From a virus (lineage: Duplodnaviria; Caudoviricetes): a stretch of DNA of 64,000 bases. The DNA lies in IMG/VR virus record IMGVR_UViG_3300021399_000143, positions 11,743 to 75,742 of that record; one strand, 5' to 3'. Made by a program: the position numbers and the translations under genes. Shown here in pieces: positions 1 through 9,763 of this stretch (positions are counted from its first letter, which is position 1; every line of letters starts with the position of its first letter). The notes below the pieces were generated by a model. The model saw nothing but the letters and a program-made list of their open reading frames with translations, did no database searches and was not told where the DNA came from.

Positions 1-58
1 TATGTTCACAAAGTTCCATTCCACGGAACCAACAATCCTTGCAATCGCACGTCATATA

Positions 59-346
59 TCAAATCCTGTTGAACGTCCTTATCGCAATCCTTTGATTGTG
101 CTTGTCCAACAATTCCCTGCCTTTTTCTGGGAGATCGTTGTATATGTTCTCCACAAGCACATCTATCAAGGTATCGGGGTCGAAATTGCCCTTGAGGGTC
201 AATATTCTGCTGCCCTCTATGCTATAATCTGGCAAGTCGGCGCCAAAGTTCACGAACCAATTGCCGGTGAGATTGATGCTGTTCCCCGTTTGATAGTCCA
301 ATCCACCTAGGTAGATGCCATTAGTTTCGTTGTTTGTCGTTTCCAT
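59..346 (-). CDS. hypothetical protein
   Basis: ATG at 346 with AAGGAG upstream, TGA stop; tightly packed minus-strand early operon. Confidence 0.7.
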   Translation of the reverse strand: METTNNETNGIYLGGLDYQTGNSINLTGNWFVNFGADLPDYSIEGSRILTLKGNFDPDTLIDVLVENIYNDLPEKGRELLDKHNQRIAIRTFNRI

Positions 347-363
347 GTTGTATATCTCCTTTG

Positions 364-606
364 TTACACGTATTGTTCCAAAAGACACTTGACCTTCGCC
401 ATCATTTCCCTACCCTTTCGGTCAGCACGCCATCGTTCCTTGCATTCGCCACGAATGACAAACGACATGTCCTTGAATATCAACCCCGAGGTAAAGATGT
501 CAATGGACAGTCCATTGAAGTTGCAGAATGCGCGAAGATTGGATTCAATTGAACCAATAATCCAAAAAGGCGCAGAAACTATGTTTGTTATCTTGTATGT
601 GTACAT
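364..606 (-). CDS. hypothetical protein
   Basis: 80 aa ORF, TAA stop, operon packing. Confidence 0.65.
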   Translation of the reverse strand: MYTYKITNIVSAPFWIIGSIESNLRAFCNFNGLSIDIFTSGLIFKDMSFVIRGECKERWRADRKGREMMAKVKCLLEQYV

Positions 607-644
607 TGGCGTGTATCCTATATATTATACAACTTTGTTGAATG

Positions 645-938
645 TCAGTAAACTATCTCGTATTCCTCCTGCAAATCTGATATGTTGTCAAATACCTTCA
701 AATCCCCATTCTCGTCATTCACCATAGCATATTGTCCAATTCGTATTTCACCAAGCCCCTCAATATACACTACGCCGGATCTCTCGTCTATGCCCCAATT
801 CTCGCAAGGGATGTTCGCCATCACCATGAACCGCTCTATCTCGTCAAGATTGTCTATGACGTGTATTGCTGGGGCAAGGCAACGACCCTTGACCTCCAAG
901 GCATATTGTGTTGGAGTTCTCTTCTTTACTGTCATCAT
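645..938 (-). CDS. hypothetical protein
   Basis: 97 aa ORF, TGA stop. Confidence 0.7.
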   Translation of the reverse strand: MMTVKKRTPTQYALEVKGRCLAPAIHVIDNLDEIERFMVMANIPCENWGIDERSGVVYIEGLGEIRIGQYAMVNDENGDLKVFDNISDLQEEYEIVY

Positions 939-953
939 TGGCTATTATCCTTG

Positions 954-1244
954 TCAGTATATTCCATCCAATATCATCTCAAATGCGGTCTTGGGGTAGT
1001 GGAACCAGAACTTCTCAAACTCGTCATCCTCCAACATAATGGCAACCATGTCGGACTTTGGACGAATCCTCAACTTTCCTCCATCACACCAACCAATGCA
1101 GCGCTTCTTGATCTCCCTCGCCATGATCTTCGCGTCAGTGCTGCTTCGGAAGTCAAGGTCAAGCCGACCGCCATAGTCCGACTCGTATCTCTCCCAAGAG
1201 AACTCATCCGGACTTATCTCATCTATGTGAATCTTCTTCGCCAT
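954..1244 (-). CDS. hypothetical protein
   Basis: start MAKKIH abuts the upstream TGA; TGA stop. Confidence 0.7.
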   Translation of the reverse strand: MAKKIHIDEISPDEFSWERYESDYGGRLDLDFRSSTDAKIMAREIKKRCIGWCDGGKLRIRPKSDMVAIMLEDDEFEKFWFHYPKTAFEMILDGIY

Positions 1245-1245
1245 G

Positions 1246-1512
1246 TCAATCGTCCATAAGCTTGTCAAACCCAAGGAACCGGGTAATCCACCAATGCTTG
1301 CGCTTGTTGGTCATCGTCGGAACATTTTGGTTGATTAAAGGATTGTCCTTGGTCATATAGGCATCCTCAAACGCCTGCTCATCCGAGCGAATGGCAGACA
1401 TCCACACGATGATGATTGGGGATATGCAAATGTGCCACAGGAGCTGAAATGGGAAATACCCCAGCATAAGCAGGAATTTCTTGGCTCTTCGCTTCTGATC
1501 TGACATAATCAA
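1246..1512 (-). CDS. small membrane protein
   Basis: hydrophobic stretch FLLMLGYFPFQLLWHICISPIIIVWM; ATGA overlap with upstream gene. Confidence 0.6.
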   Translation of the reverse strand: MIMSDQKRRAKKFLLMLGYFPFQLLWHICISPIIIVWMSAIRSDEQAFEDAYMTKDNPLINQNVPTMTNKRKHWWITRFLGFDKLMDD

Positions 1513-1976
1513 TTTCCTCCTTGGATTTTCTTTGCTATAATCTTGGCAACCTCCCCAGTCACCAGCTTCTGAAACTTCTTGCTCTTGAAGTCAATGCCAT
1601 TGACAATGTTCTCAGCAATCTGCTCCAACCTCTCCTTGAACTTGGTCTTGACGATGGTTTCAAGCATCTCAAGAACGATGCCCACCTTTCGGTCTCCATA
1701 TTCCCGCATATCCTTCGTCAGAACATACTTGAGCGAATCCTCGTCCAAGAGGATCTTGCCAACCTTTTCAGTGAGAACTCGCTCAAGGTCAATGTGGTGC
1801 TTTTCCTCCACAATCTTGCCCACGATTGAATAAGCACTGTTGGACAAAATCCTCTCTGCGTCCGAGGATGTACGCAACTTGTCTATGACGAAATCGCGCC
1901 AAACCCTCTCAGCCATGTCCACCATCGTATCGTGGCCGAGATAGGTGTCCAGGTTTATGATCGCGTCAGTTGCCAT
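1509..1976 (-). CDS. hypothetical helical protein
   Basis: 155 aa ORF, TGA stop, 1-nt gap to upstream gene. Confidence 0.7.
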   Translation of the reverse strand: MATDAIINLDTYLGHDTMVDMAERVWRDFVIDKLRTSSDAERILSNSAYSIVGKIVEEKHHIDLERVLTEKVGKILLDEDSLKYVLTKDMREYGDRKVGIVLEMLETIVKTKFKERLEQIAENIVNGIDFKSKKFQKLVTGEVAKIIAKKIQGGN

Positions 1977-1977
1977 A

Positions 1978-2427
1978 TCAACCCTCCTTGGAAAGCCTCT
2001 TCATTTCGTTCTGGATGAACTCATCCAGCTTCAGAAGATTCTTGAACTTCATCGTCTCGCCAGAGGATGACACGAACGTATATCCCTTGCCGGCCATCTG
2101 GTCAGTCTCAATGTCGCGATCCCAACCCAGGTAGTTCATGGTGCAAGCCATAATCATCACTGCCCAGGACATGAAGTTGATGGACCAATTGATGTTGGAC
2201 TTGGTTCCGTATGCAATCCACACCCTCCGGGTTCCCATTTTGTACCTTCTGCAAACCTCGAAATGTTCGTGCTTGCCATTGTCTGCCTTGTAAATCTCAT
2301 TCACCCAGGAAATGATGTCCTTCTGAACATCAGCCTCGTCCTTGACAATGAACTCGCGTTCATCAGCAAGAATTGACTTTCCATGCCCATTGTCAGTCCA
2401 GTCGAAGGTCAGAATCATCTTTTTCAT
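1978..2427 (-). CDS. hypothetical protein, first gene of early operon
   Basis: AGGAG SD; sigma70-like promoter at 2461-2489. Confidence 0.75.
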   Translation of the reverse strand: MKKMILTFDWTDNGHGKSILADEREFIVKDEADVQKDIISWVNEIYKADNGKHEHFEVCRRYKMGTRRVWIAYGTKSNINWSINFMSWAVMIMACTMNYLGWDRDIETDQMAGKGYTFVSSSGETMKFKNLLKLDEFIQNEMKRLSKEG

Positions 2428-2460
2428 GGGTTCTCCTATTTCTTTTCTTACAACACCTAT

Positions 2461-2515
2461 ATTATCTCATATTTCAGTAAGAATGTCAATACCCCTTTCA
2501 TGTCAGATTTCTGAC
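2461..2515 (-). promoter_or_regulatory. early sigma70-like promoter with upstream palindrome
   Basis: TTGACA-17-GATAAT then ATAGGTGTTG; palindrome GTCAGATTTCTGAC at 2502-2515. Confidence 0.75.
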
Positions 2516-2530
2516 CCTTAATACCCCTCC

Positions 2531-2567
2531 AAAAAAGAAATTGACCCGGGATTATGCCCCAAGGTCA
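2531..2567 (-). terminator. probable intrinsic terminator
   Basis: TTGACC...GGTCAA stem followed by TTTCTTTTTT on the minus strand, after gene 2596-3369. Confidence 0.5.
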
Positions 2568-2595
2568 AGTTCCCTATTTATGGTGATGCAATCTA

Positions 2596-3369
2596 TCAAT
2601 AGCCAAATCGCTTCAATAACTTGTCCTCATCAACAAGAATCCACTCGTCATCGTAATCGAACCTCATGCCCCCATGTGCCTTTTCAAGAGCAAGTTCAAC
2701 TTGATATACAAGTTCCTCAAAGCAATCAACAAGTCCAAGGTCAATTACAACAGTCTCAATTTCCCCAGACTCAATCCCAAGTTCCTTGTCGTCAATCATC
2801 CATTGGACTTCAACCTCATCTTCGGATTCAGACCAATCGTCAGATTCATCACCCTCAGAGACTTGGGCTTCAATACCATTCACCCTCAGACCGAAATCAT
2901 CCACATAATCTTCTTCCTCGTCGTCCTTCTTTCCCTTTCCAATGGACTTCCAACGCTTTCGGAACCTCTCAAACTCCTCCCTATCCTTCGCCGTTAGGGG
3001 ACGTGTATTCCTAGCCTTCTCGGCAAAGTTTCCCCTTATTGGATTGCAATGCTGGGTCTTATACACCTCGTCATCCTCACCCTTCTTCTGAAGGTCGTTC
3101 CACTGAACCGCAAACTCCTTGAACTTGTCACCTTGCGCGTCCATCAATACCCTTGCGAGGCGTTCCTTGTCCTTCACCAAGTCAAAGATGGACTCGTCAG
3201 AGTTCTGAAGAAGCTTGTCGTCTCCATACTTGCCCAACTTTGGCTCATAGTAGAGAATGTCCCCGGCATTGTCATCCACAATGCACTCAATCCCATTTTG
3301 ATCGCAACTTGAAATGACGTCAGCGATGTATTCAACGCCAATCTTGGATTCCGTAACGATTACTTTCAT
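2596..3369 (-). CDS. acidic late protein, putative internal head protein
   Basis: late motif upstream; N-terminus MKVIVTE-S; D/E-rich. Confidence 0.6.
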   Translation of the reverse strand: MKVIVTESKIGVEYIADVISSCDQNGIECIVDDNAGDILYYEPKLGKYGDDKLLQNSDESIFDLVKDKERLARVLMDAQGDKFKEFAVQWNDLQKKGEDDEVYKTQHCNPIRGNFAEKARNTRPLTAKDREEFERFRKRWKSIGKGKKDDEEEDYVDDFGLRVNGIEAQVSEGDESDDWSESEDEVEVQWMIDDKELGIESGEIETVVIDLGLVDCFEELVYQVELALEKAHGGMRFDYDDEWILVDEDKLLKRFGY

Positions 3370-3407
3370 GTCTATACACCTATATTGAAATTGTTGTCGT
3401 ACAAGTG

Positions 3408-3418
3408 TATTTACAATT
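3408..3418 (-). promoter_or_regulatory. putative late promoter AATTGTAAATA
   Basis: exact 11-mer, intergenic, upstream of 3369. Confidence 0.7.
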
Positions 3419-3424
3419 AAGGCA

Positions 3425-4249
3425 TCAAAAGTTTGGGATATCCACGTTCATCTGTGCAAGAGCCTCTTGCCTCTTCTTCCAATCAATGAGAATCTTGTCC
3501 TTGTAGGGAAGGTACTTGCCATCAATCTCGTAGAACTTGCAACCAGTCTCTGCATGGAAATGGCAGATGAACTTCCTGAAGGTGGCGTCAGGCTCAACGA
3601 AACCACCCTCCTTGAGGATATGCTCGTACATCGTGAGCTGAAGCCCGTAAAGATTCAATTCGCAATCTTCAAGGTCGTCGATGGGAGAAAGGAAGGTGTC
3701 CCCCCACTCGTTGCCAGTGCGAATCTTCTTGTTGGTCTTCCAATCCACCAAGATGTACTCGTTGGGGTTGGTCTTGTGCTTGCCAATGAGGTCAATCGTT
3801 CCGGCCACGTTGATAACCGAGTCGAAGATGATTTTCTCGCTCTCGTAGTCGTAGGGACGCTCCTTGAGCTTGCCACAAACAGCCTCAATCTGCTTGAACA
3901 CCACCTGCTGCTCCGGGGAGAATTGGGAATCATCCACGAACTCGCCATTGAAGATTCGCTCTGCTACACTGTGCATCCTCGTTCCATGCTTGCATGCGGT
4001 CTTGTTGATTTTCGCCCACCTGTCCTTTATCTCCTGCTGGGTCACGCCCTCCTTCTTTGCGCAAAGGGCAGACATACCCTCCAAGTCAAAGGGCTTCTGA
4101 TACTTGTGGATTAGCGTGGTGACGCTGATGGGCTTGTACTTGAGTTGCTGATCCTTGTCGAACACCCTATACACATGTCCCTTGTCCTCAAAGCAAATCT
4201 CAAGTCCATTGTGCTTGATTGCTGCCTTCTTCTCTGAACTTACTGCCAT
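3425..4249 (-). CDS. PD-(D/E)XK exonuclease (Cas4/RecB-like)
   Basis: SVTTLI, GTRMH, AGTIDLI, VDWKT, YGLQL motifs. Confidence 0.85.
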   Translation of the reverse strand: MAVSSEKKAAIKHNGLEICFEDKGHVYRVFDKDQQLKYKPISVTTLIHKYQKPFDLEGMSALCAKKEGVTQQEIKDRWAKINKTACKHGTRMHSVAERIFNGEFVDDSQFSPEQQVVFKQIEAVCGKLKERPYDYESEKIIFDSVINVAGTIDLIGKHKTNPNEYILVDWKTNKKIRTGNEWGDTFLSPIDDLEDCELNLYGLQLTMYEHILKEGGFVEPDATFRKFICHFHAETGCKFYEIDGKYLPYKDKILIDWKKRQEALAQMNVDIPNF

Positions 4250-4269
4250 TGTTGTATTGTCCTTTCGTA

Positions 4270-4995
4270 TTAACTAAACTCTATGTCCTTCTCGTCAATG
4301 CCATATTCAGAAAGAAACTCAACGTATTCCTGAATCCTGCCATAGGTGCTGTTCATTTCAGACTCCATCTTCGCCAAAGACTCCTTGAGTTTCTTGCACT
4401 TCTCCTCAGCTTGCTCACGTCCATACGTTGCCGTACCCCAAGAAGCATCTGACTTCATTTCAATCGCAAAGGCATTCACCGAAACAAGCAAGTCATTCAC
4501 TTCCATTGCATCGGCAGCAGTATTGACCTTTGGGATGCCCAACATCATCGTGGCAAAGGCATCCCCATACCTGTCGAGAAACTTCGCCGCAATCGTACAC
4601 ATCAACACATAGGAAAGTTTGCTTGTCGATGTGCTTCTTGACGAACCCCTGAAATACCAGCAGAAATCCTCCACCACAAGGGCTTGCTTGAAACCCCACT
4701 CTTCATCGCTCAATGAATCCACAAACTTCTTGATGATTTCTGAATCAATGTCCTCCATCAACCAAGGCGCATATTCATCGTTGGATGGAATCAAACGCTT
4801 CAATTCCACCCGAATTGGTTCCAAATTATACGGACCCGGCTTGTGGATGACGAAACCAAACCTGACCTTGGAGTTGAAGTCGCCAACCGACAGACCATAT
4901 TCATGGTCGCTGTACAAGGCGTGACGACGATATCCCGGAATACCAAAGGATTTCGCGCACTTCAAGTCTATGCATTGGATGTCAGATGAATACAT
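4270..4995 (-). CDS. paralog family A member 1
   Basis: shared C-terminal helical pattern ending FLSEYGI. Confidence 0.75.
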   Translation of the reverse strand: MYSSDIQCIDLKCAKSFGIPGYRRHALYSDHEYGLSVGDFNSKVRFGFVIHKPGPYNLEPIRVELKRLIPSNDEYAPWLMEDIDSEIIKKFVDSLSDEEWGFKQALVVEDFCWYFRGSSRSTSTSKLSYVLMCTIAAKFLDRYGDAFATMMLGIPKVNTAADAMEVNDLLVSVNAFAIEMKSDASWGTATYGREQAEEKCKKLKESLAKMESEMNSTYGRIQEYVEFLSEYGIDEKDIEFS

Positions 4996-5040
4996 GGGTG
5001 TTCTTTCTTCTCTACATTATACAACTTATGAAGATGGAAG

Positions 5041-5772
5041 TTAAAGATTGACTACAATCCCAAACTTCTCAGAAAGGGTGTTCATCGCGTCTGCCGCACC
5101 ATTGCAAGTCAAGTCAAATTGAGCGTTGTAATCCCCAATCTTCTTGGACTCTTCCTTGAGCTTGCTCCTGAAACCTTCAATCTCCCTCTCGTAATACTCA
5201 TTCCTCCTGTAACTTAACACGGACAAAGAATGAATCACGCCCATCACATTGGCAGCATCGTCAAGGTTCTTGATGGTATTCGGATAAAGGCAAGCGATGG
5301 CCAGTGCTGGGCCAAACTTACGAATCATCATGCCAGCGAAAGTATATGCAATGTTGTCGAGATTGACTCCCTCAGCCATCTTGCGCCAATCATCCCTCTT
5401 GAACTTGAACAGGATTCTGTTTCCCTGCTCAAACTCCACAACCTCCAAGTATTTCCACCACTCGTTTCCATGTCCCCAAGCATCCTTGACTTCAAGGAAT
5501 TGCAAATTGGGGAACAGATTGTGGAATGCCTTTGGTGAAATTGGAACATAGTCCTGCTCCTTGAACTTCTTGTATAGAACCTCCTGCATGATGTCATTCT
5601 TGCCAATATAGACATTCACCAGATAACGAGAGGTGATATATGCGTCACACCGAGCAAAATAGGATTGAAGCCTATAGCCAGAAAGTTCAAGGGCATAGGA
5701 TTTCCTACGGTTGCAATGCCAACCGTAGTTTCTCATGTGCTTGAACACATCAACCCAAGATTGTCTATTCAT
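5041..5772 (-). CDS. paralog family A member 2
   Basis: ends ADAMNTLSEKFGI. Confidence 0.75.
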   Translation of the reverse strand: MNRQSWVDVFKHMRNYGWHCNRRKSYALELSGYRLQSYFARCDAYITSRYLVNVYIGKNDIMQEVLYKKFKEQDYVPISPKAFHNLFPNLQFLEVKDAWGHGNEWWKYLEVVEFEQGNRILFKFKRDDWRKMAEGVNLDNIAYTFAGMMIRKFGPALAIACLYPNTIKNLDDAANVMGVIHSLSVLSYRRNEYYEREIEGFRSKLKEESKKIGDYNAQFDLTCNGAADAMNTLSEKFGIVVNL

Positions 5773-5801
5773 ATTTCTTTCCTCTGACTTCTAATTCATC
5801 A

Positions 5802-6545
5802 TTAAGATAGTTTGTATTCAATGCCAAACCTGCGTAAAATCTCAGAACATTGCTCAAAGGTATTGTGGTCTTCGCTGTTGTAGATGTCAAGTTCCTCAAT
5901 CTCCCTCTTCTTCTGCAATATGAGGGTCTTATACTCCCTTATCTGAGACGAAATCCTGCCAGAGCCATCCATTTCATTCACGAAGTCGTCAATCTTGGAT
6001 ATGTGGTCATGCACTTTCTTTGCGTCCCACATTGACTTGACTTTCCCAGGGAAGGACAAAGCAATTGCCAGGAAACTCCCATTGTCGAACAATAGTCCCC
6101 CGGCAAGGGAATTGGATGTGCGCTCGTCATATCGGTTCAATTCCACAACCCAATCGCCACACAAGCCCTTGAAGAAGGAACGCCCAGGAGCAAGCTCAAC
6201 GATTGCATCCCTATACCTCGGCATGTCTGAAAGGATTGTACGAAGCAACTTTGGGTCTATTGGATACGTATCCTTCCACCCATCAAACCTCCTCTGATAG
6301 CGAAGCTCTACAACGCTTTCAAGGGGATGTTGCTTGTTCCAATACATCGTCAGGAAGAAGTAATCCACAAAGCAAGCCATTGAAGGAAACCCAACCAGAA
6401 GGAAGTTGTTGGTTCTGAAGGCAACCTTCTGAGTATTTGGGATACTGATTGGATGCGTCTTGTCAAGGGGAATCTTCGTGAGTTTCAATCCCATTTCATC
6501 ATGCCTCCACTTCTGGCTTTGTGCGACAATGTTCATCAATGTCAA
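5802..6545 (-). CDS. paralog family A member 3
   Basis: ends CSEILRRFGI. Confidence 0.75.
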   Translation of the reverse strand: MTLMNIVAQSQKWRHDEMGLKLTKIPLDKTHPISIPNTQKVAFRTNNFLLVGFPSMACFVDYFFLTMYWNKQHPLESVVELRYQRRFDGWKDTYPIDPKLLRTILSDMPRYRDAIVELAPGRSFFKGLCGDWVVELNRYDERTSNSLAGGLLFDNGSFLAIALSFPGKVKSMWDAKKVHDHISKIDDFVNEMDGSGRISSQIREYKTLILQKKREIEELDIYNSEDHNTFEQCSEILRRFGIEYKLS

Positions 6546-7287
6546 TCTCTATGCCATATGTGTCAGAGAGAATGTTCATTGCATCAGCAGATTCCTCAAA
6601 CAACTCAGAAAGTTCATCCTCATTCTCCTTGAGCGAAATCTCCAACCCCTTCAACTTGTCTATGCACTCGCGCTTCTTGACATTGTGTCTGTCGATCTTT
6701 ATGCTGTACGCAACGTCATTGATGTCAGTTAGCGCTGCAGCTATGTCGTTCAATTCCCTTGCAGTGGAGATTCTGTCGCCATATAGAAGGAACAATGGAA
6801 ACTTGACTTGCCAATTGGTCAAGAACCTGCCAATCAGGCAATCACTGAGACGATTTGCTATCTTGCCAACATTCATCCCAAGATCACATTTGATTGCTGG
6901 TGTCTTTCCATCTGGCAACGTCGTCAGAAGACATTTGATTTGTCTGCATTGCTCCAAAGACTCGCAATTAAAGGAACTTTCCTCTCCAACGAACATATCC
7001 ACGAACCTGAGCCACGTTATGTAGTCGATTCGCTTCCATTTGTCTGCGGGAATTCCCCAATCATCCTTGCCATCAAGAACTCCATACTTGACCTCCACAA
7101 ATGCCCATTGGGATGGAGGTGGCTCAATATGCACACCGATCAGAAAGCGCATTCTTGTTCCATCATAGCAATTGTCTATTCGGAAACAAGATGAAGTCAC
7201 GAACGCCCGATTGACAAATCCCTTTATGTGTTCAATTCCGGAATCCACGTTCTTTACTGCGGTCAAATATAGTTTCTCAGAGGACAT
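6499..7287 (-). CDS. paralog family A member 4
   Basis: ends ADAMNILSDTYGI. Confidence 0.75.
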   Translation of the reverse strand: MSSEKLYLTAVKNVDSGIEHIKGFVNRAFVTSSCFRIDNCYDGTRMRFLIGVHIEPPPSQWAFVEVKYGVLDGKDDWGIPADKWKRIDYITWLRFVDMFVGEESSFNCESLEQCRQIKCLLTTLPDGKTPAIKCDLGMNVGKIANRLSDCLIGRFLTNWQVKFPLFLLYGDRISTARELNDIAAALTDINDVAYSIKIDRHNVKKRECIDKLKGLEISLKENEDELSELFEESADAMNILSDTYGIEIDIDEHCRTKPEVEA

Positions 7288-7290
7288 GAC

Positions 7291-7827
7291 TCAATACCAA
7301 GGATAGTAGAACACAACATGGTCGTCATCCCAACAAGACAAGGCTTCGACAAACCCCTCCTTGTACCCAGCAGCAACAATCTTCTTCACGTCATCCTTGG
7401 TCAAATAGACCTCAACCAGATTGTCATGTTCCTTGTCCTTCCAGAAGTTGTCTATGATGAAGTTGTGCAAATCCCAATCCCTGTCGAAATAAGCAAGTTC
7501 CATCAAGAGGTCAGTTTCATCCAACCCAAACTGCTTGCCATCAAAGATGGGACGCAAGTCATTCCCCAGACGCAAGCCATGCTTCTTGGCAACCCTACGT
7601 ACAGCGCGGCGAAGATTCCTAACTCCAACCTTCTGCTCATTGGTGTATGAATCCCAATCATTGTAGCCAAACTCATTCTTTGGCAAGGAATCCATCAACC
7701 CCTTCCACTTTGGCTTGGCCGACAAGGCTTCAATGTCCTTGGAATACGCCTTGCGAATCTCGCCAAACTTCTTTGACGCTTCAACTCTACGCTTTGAAGT
7801 TCTGTACAAATGTCCATCAAGACCCAT
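7291..7827 (-). CDS. conserved phage hypothetical protein (MGLD-start type)
   Basis: MGLDGHLY start, YFDRDWDLHNFI, C-terminal VFYYPW. Confidence 0.7.
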   Translation of the reverse strand: MGLDGHLYRTSKRRVEASKKFGEIRKAYSKDIEALSAKPKWKGLMDSLPKNEFGYNDWDSYTNEQKVGVRNLRRAVRRVAKKHGLRLGNDLRPIFDGKQFGLDETDLLMELAYFDRDWDLHNFIIDNFWKDKEHDNLVEVYLTKDDVKKIVAAGYKEGFVEALSCWDDDHVVFYYPWY

Positions 7828-7864
7828 TTTCTGCCTTTCCTTTCTTTGGATTCATTTGGTGATA

Positions 7865-9439
7865 TTATATCACATCAGAAAGGGAGCTGTCAAGGGGGTA
7901 TCCACCAAGAAAGCCAGAATTATCCTCCATTATGGAATGGGCGTGGATAAGGTCAAAATCGTGTCCATCACACTTAACGCCAAGTCCTTGCAGAAGAAGG
8001 ATATTGTCTATTTTGGTTCTATATTCGTCAGGAAACCTTATGTTCTCCATCATCTTGCCAGAATTCTTCTTTCTGACTATATGGCTTGATTCTATTGATT
8101 GCATCTCTCTTGCTATGGAAACCAATAACCTCTTTGTATCTGAATGCAATCTTTGGAAGAACACCGGCATTTCGTTCAACATTCCTTGTTGGTAGGTTAT
8201 CTCGCCATCATACAAACGCCAATGCCAATAGCAGAAGCTTGAATTCAGCCAGCAATACGCCAAGTCCCGAATTTCCTCGTCCTTGAACGTAATCATTCTC
8301 TTGCCGGAGCGAAAGAGGTCAGAAACATAGGCGACAGTATTGTATCTGCAAGTGGTGACGAAGTTCAAGTAGTAGTCTCCATCCTCGCAAACATAGTCGC
8401 CAAACTTCTCGCCCATTGACTTTGTTTGCCATGCGAGCAACAAGGGTTCAAGTTGTGGAAAGCACTTCGCGTATCTGCCACCAGTTGACCTTTGTGGGGT
8501 GTTGCCAACGAATCTGGCAAGAAAATCTGAATCCAGAACCTTGTCCCTCTCCCCATTCCTGAAACGAACCATGCCAGCAACCTTGATGCCAATTCCCCAC
8601 TTTCTGTTGTCAGTGACCAATATTGCAGGGCGAACTTGATTCTGATGGTTGGTGTTGAACACGCCATGTTTCCTGCCATTGAACAACTGACCTGGAATGT
8701 TGTCGAATGGAATCACGAAACCAGAATATCCAGAACCAAGTTCCTCACGCAACACCTTGAACTTCTCGCGTCCCAAATAGTTCTGAGGCGTGAGAAGCAC
8801 AGTTCCCTTGCAACCAACCTCGCTCAACACCTTCTCCATCACCACTGCATACAGTTCATGCGTATCATGCGCTATGTCTGTCTGTTTCCAATTTTCAGGA
8901 ATCTTATCGACCTTGGCATATGGAGGATTGGAAATCACCCTGCAATCAGGAGGCAAATGCACATCATCGTCAAGAAAATCACCTGGTCTTGAATGGATAT
9001 ATCCAACAACATCGTCTCCATAGATGAAGCCAATGGTATTGACGCAAATGTAGAGAGCCAAAGCATCCTTGTCGTAAAGCCAGAGCCTCCCGGACTTGAT
9101 TAAATCCCTCGCTCGGGATTTACCAATGTATTTCAGATATGCCAATATCAGGTTTCCCACGCCACAACAAACATCGCATACGTTCTTGCCATCCAAGCCA
9201 TCAAGCCACGTTGCCATCAGAGTTGCAACATCATCTGGCGTGAAATACTTTCCAAGTTCCTTCTTGCTCTGCTTGTTGACGTGCGCCAATCCAATCTCAT
9301 AAAGTTCCCCAAAGTTGGATATGGACAAGATTCCATCAGTATAGTATGGATTGTTCTTCCCAAATCTCTTGAGAATGTCCATCCAGGTTCGGTCAAGTCC
9401 AATCTCGTCAAGTGATTGCAAATATTCTTCTGTTGTCAT
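7865..9439 (-). CDS. N6-adenine DNA methyltransferase
   Basis: GKYFTP, DVCCGVGN (SAM binding), NPPY catalytic motif; no internal TAG. Confidence 0.9.
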   Translation of the reverse strand: MTTEEYLQSLDEIGLDRTWMDILKRFGKNNPYYTDGILSISNFGELYEIGLAHVNKQSKKELGKYFTPDDVATLMATWLDGLDGKNVCDVCCGVGNLILAYLKYIGKSRARDLIKSGRLWLYDKDALALYICVNTIGFIYGDDVVGYIHSRPGDFLDDDVHLPPDCRVISNPPYAKVDKIPENWKQTDIAHDTHELYAVVMEKVLSEVGCKGTVLLTPQNYLGREKFKVLREELGSGYSGFVIPFDNIPGQLFNGRKHGVFNTNHQNQVRPAILVTDNRKWGIGIKVAGMVRFRNGERDKVLDSDFLARFVGNTPQRSTGGRYAKCFPQLEPLLLAWQTKSMGEKFGDYVCEDGDYYLNFVTTCRYNTVAYVSDLFRSGKRMITFKDEEIRDLAYCWLNSSFCYWHWRLYDGEITYQQGMLNEMPVFFQRLHSDTKRLLVSIAREMQSIESSHIVRKKNSGKMMENIRFPDEYRTKIDNILLLQGLGVKCDGHDFDLIHAHSIMEDNSGFLGGYPLDSSLSDVI

Positions 9440-9445
9440 GTTTCA

Positions 9446-9474
9446 ATTATACCTTATAGTATAATTGTCATCAA
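9446..9474 (-). promoter_or_regulatory. sigma70-like promoter
   Basis: TTGATG-17-TATAAT, 6 nt upstream of the methyltransferase ATG. Confidence 0.65.
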
Positions 9475-9505
9475 GGGCATTGAAAAATGAAAGAACCCCA
9501 ATCTG

Positions 9506-9745
9506 ATGAACACGCTTACAATCTACAGTAGAAGATATGACTTGAACGAAAATGTAACAAACGGTGGAATGTCGGGAAAGGCGTTCTTGGACATAGACAA
9601 CAAACTTGGAACGCCATTCATCAACATGGACAGTGCGTTAGATTATTTGATGGAGAACAACATACCCATTCACAGAATAGAGTTCAACTACATGGATAAA
9701 TATGGTATCCAGATGTTCAAGAGATTTGATGTTGTCATAAAATAA
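9506..9745 (+). CDS. hypothetical protein
   Basis: 79 aa ORF, TAA stop. Confidence 0.55.
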   Translation: MNTLTIYSRRYDLNENVTNGGMSGKAFLDIDNKLGTPFINMDSALDYLMENNIPIHRIEFNYMDKYGIQMFKRFDVVIK

Positions 9746-9754
9746 TGGTAAATA
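9744..9754 (+). promoter_or_regulatory. putative late promoter AATGGTAAATA
   Basis: exact 11-mer 9 nt upstream of ATG 9764. Confidence 0.75.
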
Positions 9755-9763
9755 GGTATCGCC

